Of a stretch of 64,000 nt of DNA, positions 52,981 through 64,000 are shown in pieces. This stretch comes from Octopus sinensis. Lineage: Eukaryota. The notes under the pieces are model-generated. The model had not been told where the DNA came from, made no database searches, and saw only the letters and a program-made list of their open reading frames with translations. The translations under genes were made by a program, and so were the position numbers. The DNA is taken from positions 27,652,001-27,716,000 of the forward strand of contig NC_043003.1 in assembly GCF_006345805.1 (NCBI RefSeq), read 5' to 3'. Within the stretch, counting starts at the first letter, position 1. Each line of letters starts with the position of its first letter.

Positions 52981-53280
52981 TTAGGTCAAGCCAACTCTTG
53001 TGGAGCAGACCTGTGATAGAACAAGTTATTCCGACCGTGACAGTACTTTCTTTTCACCTGACAATGTACATAGGATGACATAACCTAATATATCCTTTCT
53101 TTTCCTTAGGTATTCACCTTATAAAACAAGGGTGTAGTTTGGAGGCGATTTGAACTCCTTTCTAGTAGGTCGAAACGATTATCTCTCATTTGCTGGGTCA
53201 TATTAAGCTATAGATACATATATATATGTATTAATAATAATAATATTAGGGAATAATAATAATGTATGTATATATGTGTG

Positions 53281-53525
53281 GAGGTGCGTGGCTTAGTGGT
53301 TAGGGTGTCAGCGTCATGATCGCAAGATTGTGGTTTCGATTCCTGGACCGGGTGACAGTGGTGTTCTTGAACAAAACACTTCATTTCATGTTGCTCCAGT
53401 CCACTCACCTGGTAAAAATGAGTAACGCTGCGATGGACTGGCGTCCCGTCCAGCTGGGGATCACATACGCCATTGAAACTGGGAAACCGGGCCCATGAGC
53501 ATGGTTAGGCTTTAAAAAGGCGCAT
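53281..53525 (+). mobile_element. tRNA-derived SINE family D
   Basis: GGTGCGTGGCTTAGTGGTTAGGG...GGTTTCGATTCC head, TTCTTGAACAAAACACTT body, GCGATGGACTGGCGTCCCGTCCAG; not a tRNA gene. Confidence 0.7.
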
Positions 53526-53526
53526 T

Positions 53527-53573
<47 letters not shown>

Positions 53574-53675
53574 GGAGTAAACACATAAATGTGAAACACG
53601 GTGGAAAAAAGAGTACTCAAATACCAGTGGTAGAGTAATATGCTTTATTTAAAGCAGCAGAAAATTCAACAAAAC

Positions 53676-53713
53676 CTGTTACTCTGAGTTTCCCATTGTC
53701 GTTCATCGGACAG
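53676..53713 (-). ncRNA. Minimal hammerhead-like motif, U4C core variant
   Basis: CTGT-CCGATGA-ACGACAATGG-GAA-ACTCAGAGT-A-ACAG; stem II weak; followed by about 105 nt and (TA)n. Confidence 0.45.
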
Positions 53714-54242
53714 TTTTTGCTAAAAACTGTGTATATATATATATATATATATACATATACACTCACATACACACATACAGATACACATGCACAAACATAC
53801 ATTCACACACTCACATATTTACATACGTGCACACATATGTATGTATATTATCTACATGTCTATCTATCCATCTATCTATCTATCTATCTATCTATCTATG
53901 TCTGTCTGTCTATCTATCAATCAATCTACCTGTCTGTCCATCCATCCCTTGAAACAAGTAAAAGAATAAAAGAATTTATGGACACACAGACAAATATCAA
54001 ACAATATCTGCAACAACAACAGTTTAGCTATGTTTTCACCAATTCAGTGCACCATATGCTTCTAGCATGCAGACAACATGCATCTAGCATTACGCAATTG
54101 CTCTTGCACCTGTTAGTCTTTACACTAATTGACACCGATCCACCCCTTACATTTGAAATACTGCTACTTCTTTCTCCTCCACCCTGACCTCTATGCCATC
54201 CCATTACTGAATTTAAAAGACAACATTGCCACCTCTACCACC

Positions 54243-54276
<34 letters not shown>

Positions 54277-55148
54277 TCATCAGCTCCCATTTTTGGCAGG
54301 TGTATTCTCTCCATAATTTGCTCACGTGACTATACCCACCCCAATGCAGCAAACCCCACCACCATCATCATTATCAACACCACCAGCACCACCATACCAT
54401 CACCTCTACTACTACTACTACTACTACTAGTCTCAATACAACCACTGCAACAACTACTTTTACTATCAACCCCACCACTACTAATTCTAACATCACTACT
54501 ATTTTTTTGTATTATTACTACCAGCACAGCCACATCTGCCACCACGACCATCATCATCACCATTACAACCATCATTAACATCATCATCACCACCATTAAC
54601 AGCACTATCATCACAACATTATCATGACCACAGTCACCAGCAGCACCACTACCATCATAACCACCATCATCAACATCACCAACACTATCATTGATACCAT
54701 CATTAACATCACCACTCTCATACCACCACCACCACCACCACTACCACCATTACAACTACCACAAACATCTTCAAAAGTCTTTTGTTGAACACTAAAAGTA
54801 ATAAAGAAAGTGGCTCTCATTGTTACCCACAATGCATGTTAATTGTGGGGAGCAGTGGTAGTGGTGATAGAGGGGATACACTGGGGGGTAGTATTGGAAG
54901 TGATGTTTGCTGCAGTGGTGGTATTGGTAATAGTTGTGTTGATGTAATAGTTATAGCAATAGGCGTGGCTGTATGGTAAGAAGTTTAATTCCCAATTGCA
55001 TGATTCTGGGTTCAGTCCCACTGCATGGCACCTTGAGCAAGTGTCTTCTACTATAACCTTGGGTTAACCAAAGTCTTGTGAATAGATTGGGTAGACAGAA
55101 ACTGAAAGTAACCCATTGTGTGTACGTGTGTGTGTATACACACACACA

Positions 55149-55181
<33 letters not shown>

Positions 55182-55397
55182 CTCTCTCTCTATATATATA
55201 TATAGAGAGAGAGAGATGTGTGTATTTTCCCCTTGTTAACAATTAATATGGAAAAAATATATAAATAGTTACCAGGGTAGCAAAAATTCACACAAGTAAA
55301 AAGGTTGTAACTCCTTGTTTTTAAAGGTAGAAACTTCGAGTTTACATGAAATATTTTGTATAATATATATATAAATGGAGTTAACCAGCATTTAACT

Positions 55398-55454
<57 letters not shown>

Positions 55455-55547
55455 ATCCAAACAAGAAAACACAGAAAAAAACACAGCAACGCGAGGACGT
55501 GGAACAATTAAAGTATTATTTGACGCTCAGGAAAGAAGGGAAGGAGG

Positions 55548-55582
55548 GTTTAACGTTTCGAGCGGAGCTCTTCGTCGGAAAC
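55548..55582 (-). ncRNA. Minimal hammerhead-like motif, U4C core variant, intact stems
   Basis: GTTT-CCGACGA-A-GAGC-TCC-GCTC-GAA-ACGT-T-AAAC; element spans about 55450-55640 and ends GGATTAAC(TA)n. Confidence 0.6.
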
Positions 55583-58500
55583 AAAGGAGAAGGAAAGATC
55601 CCGAGAAGGGAAGACAGAGGAAAAAAATATTTTTGCTGGTGGTGCTCAAGATATATATATATATAATATATATATATATACACATATATATATATATCAT
55701 CATCATTTAGCGCCCGCTCTCCATGCTTGCATGGGGTGACTGGTAATAAAGTCACATGAAAAAAAGTCACAATTTTGGTTAGGGAATAAAGTCACAATTA
55801 TTTTATGGGATCTGGACAAAACCCCCATGACTTTATTACTGTGACTTATTTTACCTGGATATAAATACACACACACACGAAATGGTTGTGGTAGTAATGG
55901 CTGTTGTAGTTGTCGTCATGACACTAATGGTTGTTGTTGCTGTTGTAGTGGTGGTGGTTGTTGTATGAAGTGGTCATGTTAATTTCTACCACTTCCTCAT
56001 CTTCATAACTTCCTTCCTATTGCTGTAATATAGAACATTGCTCAATCCATCTTCGGACATTTTATTAGCATATCGCAATTTCTATGCAGACAGATTGTTA
56101 ACCTTTCTGAACCCTTTTACAATTATTCTGAATTTCTACATGCTCAATCCAAATCTTGCTGAAGTTATAGACTGGCAGAACCGAAAGAATATGTCAAAAC
56201 CACAAATGATCCTCAATATAAGAGCTGATGATGGGATGTCTATGTTTATTTACGTAATATCTCTCTTGTAACGATTGTTTATGTTGTTGTATTTTTGGTT
56301 TATTACGTTGTGTAGTTTTCTGTTTTTCAGCATTTTCCTGTTATCCCTAATTGTAGCCTTAAGTATAGAGGGTTCTTTCACAGTATTGTAAAGGTCAAGA
56401 TGTGTTTTGTCATGTAAGTCACAGAAGCACCAGATATAACTGTACTAATTTATAAGCTGGGATATGATCTTGCACAACTATCATTTATGACTGTCTTGGT
56501 TTTGCAACATCTACTAAGTTATAACTTATATCATTCACACTAACAGGAGATATGACTACTAACTAAAAACTTGGGACTATTATACTCTGGCATAACTTAA
56601 ATCCTTAAAAATGTTATAGCCCGAAGGCCGCGGCCATAACTGTCAATAACGACTATATCAAATTTGCAATATCTACAAATTTTGGCATGGGGTCAGCAGT
56701 TTTTGAGGGGAGGGGGAAATTGATTAGATTGACATCAATATTTGACTGGTTCTTATTTTATTGACTTTCAAAAGGATTAAAGGCAAAGATGACCTTGACA
56801 GAATTTGAACTCAGAGCACAACGACTGATGAAACGCTACCAAGCATTTTGCCTGACATGCCAAAAGTGCTGCCAACTTGCCACCTTATAACTGATGATGA
56901 CGATGATTATGATGATGATGACAATGATGACAACACCGGAAATGACGGTACTAATTTATCAGTTATGACTAAATTAAAATTGCAATATCTACCAGGTTAT
57001 AACTGATATCATTCCCAGTACGTTAGATATGACTATACTAACTATTTCACAAAGGACTATAATCTATGTGACCACAATCTATTAGTTATAACAAGAATGA
57101 ATAATACACTTATCAGTGATGCCTACCAATAAGAAGCAGTAGCTACCAGTTATGACCGGATTAAAACATACAGCTCACCAGTAATAGTGGTGCTTAGTTT
57201 TACTGCCATCTAGTTGACAGCAGGGACCAACAGCAGCAACCGTTTACTTCTGTATTCAGATATACTTGGAGAGTTCTACAGACAGATATTGATTTAGTTG
57301 TGTCAAAGAAATATATGATACCATTCCATAGAACTTTTGCTTTGATCTCGTCATCATCAATCAAAACTGATTCACAACTAAACTGGCATTTTCAGATATG
57401 ATTGCACTCCCCCCCCACACACACACCACAAATATTTTCTTTATGTGTAAATCTATTCAAGATTCATTTTTTCCATTCATTTATTTCATACAGACACTGA
57501 TCATATCCCCCAACAAATTTCTAATAAGTTGTTGAGCACTCTCAGCTAATGGATGCTTTAATTAGTCATATAATGATGTGCCATGTGAGGTTTGTGTGTG
57601 TCTCTTTACCATCTCTCTCTCGCTATCTGTCTGTCTAATAATAATAAATATAAATATGGCCAAGTGGTTAGGGCATTGCACTCATGATCACAAGATCGTG
57701 GTTTCAATTCCTAGACTGGGTGCTGCATTGTGTTTTTGAATAAGATACTTCATCTCACATTGCTCTGATATATGGGGCACTGTGCAATCACTTTTCTATG
57801 CTTGTATAAGTCAGATGGTATTTGTTGAGGCAAATTTTTTACTGCTGGACATGTTTTCCTTTTAGACTGGCAACAAACAACATCACTTATAGGATGGTAA
57901 CATCACACAATGTCAAGATAAGGAGACTCAAAAGCCCCCCCCCCACACACATGATGGCTTCTTTCTGGCTTTTGTATACCATATCCACTCACAGAGCTTT
58001 GGTTGGTCCTGGGCTGTTGTAGAAAATACCGGATCTTTGACCATATGGTCCAGAAATAAACTTAACTACACAGTCCCCCCACCACACACACACACACACA
58101 AATATATAGGTACAGGTTTTAGAAAAATTAACCGTAAGCACATTTGTTGAAAATATATGAGCTGAAAGACAGTCACAGAATTCACTGATGATATATTCAT
58201 AAAAAGACAATTTATTTGAAAGACAAATTTACAGTAAAGATATTAGCTGAAAATAACATTGAACAATCATAAAAATTTTACTATTTTGCAAAAACATTGG
58301 TTAAAAAAAATAGTGTTATGATTTATCAATAGCTGAATCATCTGCTATTATGTCTTAAAGTCCTAAAATTTAGAAATTGTTAATTTACAAATCAGGACTT
58401 ATATATTGCACATAAACTGCAAAAATTTGATATCAGACTAAGGCAGTTATTTACGATAATCATATAATATAAATATTTGTGTCACAAAATCATCAGTGTC

Positions 58501-59959
58501 CTTCAGAAAGACATGCTAGATATATTGTAGTTAATTGAGGTCAACTACTTATGCATTAGTCAAATACTAGTGTCCATTGATTGTCTTGGTCAAGTGCCAA
58601 TGTTAGAAATAGCTGTTGTAAGGGTGATGTGTGGCATGGCAATGAATTTGTACATCAGTAGCAGTAGCGGCATTTAATGTTTGTCTTTCATTCTAGAATG
58701 GCTTGGATGGTTTTGACAAGATTCAACAAGTCAGAGGACTGCGCAGAGCTCCAGTATCTGCTTGGCATGATTTCTGTATCTGGATGTCATTCCTAACACC
58801 AACCACTTTACAGAGTGTACTGGGCACTTTTAATGTGACAGCAGAACCTAGTGAGGTCATCAAATAACTCTCATGACAAGGGAAAAGACTCCTCCACTGA
58901 GTGAGGTTGAGAGAGCGATATCTAAAGACATGATAGAGCGATATCTAAAGACATGGACACACTGAGCAGTTGCTTAGGGACTCTCATGGGTCTAGGACAG
59001 TGGTTCTCAACTGGAGTCCATATGGCCCTTAGGGGTCCACATAAGATTTTTTGTTAACATTTCTGAGCAATAAATAGCTTATATTTTAACAATTTTAAAA
59101 TACAATTCCTAATAATATTTAATAATAAAAATATAATAGAAATTTTGTAAATATTGAATGGCTGGGCACACACTGGCTGCTTTTACATAGAAACCATGCC
59201 AAATCAAACTGGAGCCTGATGCGGCTTCTCAGCTTCCCAGCTCTGGTCAAACTATCCAACCCATGCCAGCATGGAAAACAGACATTAAATGATGACAATA
59301 CATGTATGCATGCATTCTTGTGTGTATGTGTGTATTAGAAATATTCATTGCAAGTACTACTAAAGGAGATAAAATATTCAAATGTTTTATTGTGCTGAGT
59401 GCAAATGAACATACCACACATAACGAACACACACATCAGTCCGACATCATGCCTGTCACCAAACCTCACTTGGTTTTTCAAATAGGTTATTTTTATTCCG
59501 GAGGAATTTGAAAGTGTAGAGGTAGTAGGTGATTTGTTGACAGGAAATGTCAACAAATGCCACCAGTTGCAACCCAACCACAAACAGTGATGTTGCCCTT
59601 CATAGACAAAGCACAGCATAGCTTTCTAAACATTGACACAGACACACATGTACACACACATGCACACACACACACACACAGACACATTCATACACATACA
59701 CGATGGGCCATTTTCAGTTTCTGTCTAACGAGTTCCCACAAAAGCATTTCTTGGCCTGAAACTATAGTAAAAGTCACTTGCTCAAGATGCCGTGCAGTGG
59801 GGCTGAACCTGAAACCATGTGGTTGAGAAGTGAGCTGCCTAATCACACAGCCAAACCTGTGCCCCCCCCCACACACACACTCAGATACATATATTTATTT
59901 ATTATACATACATACGTACATACTTACATACACACATACATACATAGACCTCGTGTGTA

Positions 59960-60150
59960 CCGTTGGCAATTTTTTTTCCTCTGTCTTCCCTTCTCTGGAT
60001 CTTTCCTTCTCCTATGTTTCCGACGAAGAGCTCCACTTGAAAAGTTAAACCCTCCTTCTTTCCTGAGTGTCCAATAATACTATATTTGTTCCATGTCCTC
60101 GCGTTGTGTTTTTTTGTGCTTTCTTGTTTGGATTAACTATATATATATAT
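59960..60150 (+). mobile_element. Second, decayed copy of the 55450-55640 hammerhead-bearing repeat
   Basis: GTTT-CCGACGA-A-GAGC-TCC-ACTT-GAA-AAGT-T-AAAC at 60016-60050; same downstream sequence and (TA)n end. Confidence 0.75.
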
Positions 60151-60893
60151 GTTTATATATACACATTATTCATGATGATGTTGATAATATATATATATAA
60201 ATATACAACCACATGGTCCTGAGTTCAGTCCCACTGCATAGCACCTTGGGCAAGTGTCTTCTACTATAGCCTCGGGCTGACCAAAACCTTGTGAGTGGAT
60301 TTGGTAGATAGAAACTGAAAGAAGCCCATCATATATATATATATGTGTGTGTTTGTGTGTGCGTGTGTGTATCCCACCCACCATCGCTTGACAACCGATG
60401 CCAATGTGTTTATGTCCCTGTAACTTAGTGGTTTGGCAAAAGAGACCAAGCCCTGGATTGTTTTGTTCAACTCAAGGCAGTGCTTGAGCATGGCTGCAGT
60501 CAAGTGACTGCAGCAAATAAAGAATATATGTGTGTGCATACGTACTTGTATGTATATACATATGAATGTGTTTGTGTGTGTATGTGTGAATCAATTTGTT
60601 GAGTTACATCTATTTATGTTAAGAAAAAAAAAAGGTCAACTTAGCAAGATGATAGAGGCAGATAAAGTAAGTAACACACTGACATATATTAAAATCAATA
60701 TGACTGACTAAAAATCATTGCAAATACCACCACACAGCATGACCATAAGCCAATGATTGAAACTGAGACCTGAGCAGAATGGTATAAGGAAATATTTATA
60801 CATTGGTGCAATACAGATAACACCTACACACAAATATATAAATATATATATAGGCGCACACCTACACACAAATATATAAATATATATATATAA

Positions 60894-61718
60894 GGCGCAG
60901 GAGTGGCTGTGTGGTAAGTAGCATGTTTACCAACCACATGGTTCCGGGTTCAGTCCCACTGCGTGGCACCTTGGGCAAGTGTCTTCTGCTATAGCCTCGG
61001 GCTGACCAAAGCCTTGTGAGTGGATTTGGTAGACGGAAACTGAAAAGAAGCCTGTCGTATATATGTATATATATATATATGTGTGTGTGTGTTTGTGTGT
61101 CTGTGTTTGTCCCCCTAGCATTGCTTGACAACCGATGCTGGTGTGTTTATGTCCCCGTTACTTAGCGGTTCAGCAAAAGAGACCGATAGAATAAGTACTG
61201 GGCTTACAAAAGAATAAGTCCTGGGGTCAAGTTGCTCGATTAAAGGTGGTGCTCCAGCATGGCCGCAGTCAAATGACTGAAACCAGTAAAAGAGTAAAAG
61301 AGAAAAGAGTATATATATACATATATATGTATGTAGGAGTGGCTGTGTGGTAAGTAGCTTGCTTATGAACCACATGGTTCCAGGTTCAGTCCCACTGCGT
61401 GGCACCTTGGGCAAGTGCCTTCTAATATAGCCTTGGGCCAACCAAAGCCTTGTGAGTGGATTTGGTAGACGGAAACTGAAAGAAGCCTGTCGTATATATG
61501 TGTATATGTATGTGTGTGTATATATTTGTGTGTCTGTGTTTTTCCCCCAACATCGCTTGACAACCGATGCTGGTGTGTACCTGTAACTTAGTGGTTCGGC
61601 AAAAGAGACCGATAGAATAAGTACTAGGCTTACAAAGAATAAGCCCTGGGGTCGATTTGCTCGACTGAAGGCGGTGCTCCAGCATGGCCACAGTCAAATG
61701 ACTGAAACAAGTAAAAGA
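60894..61718 (+). mobile_element. Two head-to-tail full-length SINE family A copies (60894-61295 and about 61335-61718)
   Basis: Each has head, body and tail; another copy lies at about 60205-60520. Confidence 0.85.
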
Positions 61719-61721
61719 GAG

Positions 61722-61758
<37 letters not shown>

Positions 61759-62584
61759 AAAAATAAGCTACAAGGACCAAGGTGTAGGAAGTTAGTAAGG
61801 TTTGAGCAGCCTGTAGAAGATATAGAAGACAACTTTCAGGAACAACATTGGTTTATTGATGTAGAAGGTTGTAAATCTATATACATAAGCACACATACGT
61901 AAATACATATACAACCAAATTCATACACTGATATGAAGTTACACACACACACACACACAGAAATATGACGGATAGGTCACTCATCCATACATATACACAT
62001 ATGAAAACAGGCTGTTCATGTAAACACACATATGTACATAATGCTATAAAAATTATGTATCACATATACACACATGCACACTCAAACTTACATATTAATT
62101 TAAGAAACATAATGACATAAATATTATACGTATACATACATGTACAAGCATACATACATTGACACACAGACACACACATATAAAGAACATCAGTGATATG
62201 AAGTTACGAGTACATATATATGTTCACATATACACATACAAATGAATGTATATATAATAAACACTATAATAAAAATTTTTAAATGGGTGGTATAAAAAAT
62301 TACACACATCTACGCACACCACACACACACATTTACTAACTACCCCAATTGCCACCACCACGACAATCATAATCAGCACCACCATAAAATACAATATAAG
62401 GCAGATGCTTGCACTGTTACTAAAAGCTAACAAGAAGTTTCAAGCCATGGCCTACATTTCGGCAACGCACACATGCTCTTGCCTGTTCTCACACATGCAC
62501 ATGCGCGTGCGCAAATATACAGATGTGCATGCCTGCACGCACTCCATTAACTATCCTTTCACATACACCCTTATACATTTTTGC

Positions 62585-62615
<31 letters not shown>

Positions 62616-62711
62616 GAGCCCCAATTACATACACACAACCACATGCATATATATATATATATATATATATATTCATACACACACACAGAACCCCAATCAC
62701 ATACATGTATG

Positions 62712-62776
<65 letters not shown>

Positions 62777-62924
62777 GCACACCCATATATATATATGCAT
62801 ACACACTTGAATAAATACACAACACATGCAAACGCACATTTACATACAACCCATATCTTAACATACGACATACACATATAAACACACATATACAAGCACA
62901 CACGCTCATACATACAGACACACA

Positions 62925-62955
<31 letters not shown>

Positions 62956-64000
62956 CCACCACGTGGCCGAAAGGTCCACAAGAACAAAAGAATGGAAGGT
63001 GAGAAAGAGAAACAGAGAATGAAAGAAAGAGAGAGAGAGAGAGAGAACAACAGAGAGCGACAGAGTGTGAATGAAAGAAAATGACGAAAAAGAGTGGGAG
63101 AGAAAAGCAAGGAGAATGAGAGAGAGAGAATGAATAAGAGATAGAATGTAGGAGAGTTTGGTGTTATAAAGATAGAAAAAGAAGGGGTGTGTGAGTGGTA
63201 GGGAGTAAAAAGGGATAGAAAGGAAGCAGCAGAGAGAGAGGGGGAGGAAAGAGACAATAGATAGAAACACAAAGAGTGAGGGAGAAAAGAGGAGATGGAG
63301 ATATACAAAGTGCAGGATAGTGAGAGATAGAGACAGGGTGATAGTGAGAGACAGAGAGAGGGAGAAAGAGAACAGAAGCACAGAGAAAAAAAGCAAGGAA
63401 GGACAATGAAGACCATGGAAAGGGACAGGAACAGCAGACAGAGTTGTCTCTCTTGTCCTCCTTGTAAGCAATTTTCACAAACACTAATGACTTTTCTTCA
63501 AGTTACAGTTATAATATCAATAGGAAAAAAAGTGGCTTTGGCTCACCACACAATAAGTATGGTAGCCTGCACTTAACTATATGATATTCCTGCAGAGGTC
63601 ACCTCTCCATACTAATATATGTACTCTTACAGATTCACACACAGCTATACACACACACATACACCGATATACATGCAGATTCATACTCAGACATAGACAC
63701 ACAGAGTTATACACAAATAAATACAGACACATTCAGACACACACACACGGGCATTCACATACAGAGATCAGGGGCAGGGTACTAGAAAAATAAAATTTTC
63801 CAGCTGACATATGACAAGAATATGTATCATAAATAAGTGCATGTGTTTATATTTATAATGTGTGTGTGTGCACATGTGTAATTGTTTCTGATCTAGAGCA
63901 TGAGACCGACAATTTTGAAGGAGAGGGGATTAGTAGAGCATCAACCCCACTACTAGACTACCACTATAACCCTAGTAGAATCTGAACTCAGGGCATAAAA

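Noticed and set aside
53281-53350. tRNA-like sequences with A/B boxes (also at 14457, 5165 and 42090-42157)
   Set aside because: They are SINE heads that continue into SINE bodies; no complete cloverleaf was seen
57190-57400. About 60 open codons on both strands (minus: CESVLIDDDEIKAKVLWNGII...)
   Set aside because: No ATG, weak acceptor and no recognisable domain; a tBLASTx against mollusc transcriptomes would settle it
62551-63471. 306-aa and 239-aa minus ORFs
   Set aside because: Translations of (GA)n, (CA)n and (TA)n low-complexity DNA, like most ORFs in the supplied track
1-64000. CRISPR array, rRNA or prokaryotic operon
   Set aside because: No regular repeat-spacer array or rRNA; the sequence is intron-rich eukaryotic DNA

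Overview
AT-rich, microsatellite-dense animal genomic DNA. The SINE/LINE repertoire suggests a cephalopod such as Octopus (inference). Only one host gene is supported: a minus-strand TBC1D1/TBC1D4 (AS160)/pollux-type Rab-GAP. It has a clear 654-nt phase-0/0 exon encoding the split second PTB domain (3110-3763), a probable start-codon exon 30 kb upstream (33754-34299) and a CpG-retaining putative promoter/5'UTR exon near 52.3-53.0 kb. The rest is intronic or intergenic: at least five SINE-like families, RTE/CR1/Tx1 LINE remnants, an internally deleted hAT with TIRs and an 8-bp TSD, Helitrons, MITEs and simple repeats. The most striking unexplained signal is a set of unrelated short repeats that mostly share one architecture: a minimal type-I hammerhead ribozyme fold with a palindromic or near-palindromic stem III, then about 50-220 nt, then (TA)n. 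Their cores vary: canonical CUGAUGA, U4C variants (CCGANGA), and a G3-C8 swapped core (GUGAACA) present twice in a 285-bp foldback at 28414-28698. All structure calls were made by eye; no searches or folding programs were run, so novelty is unconfirmed.
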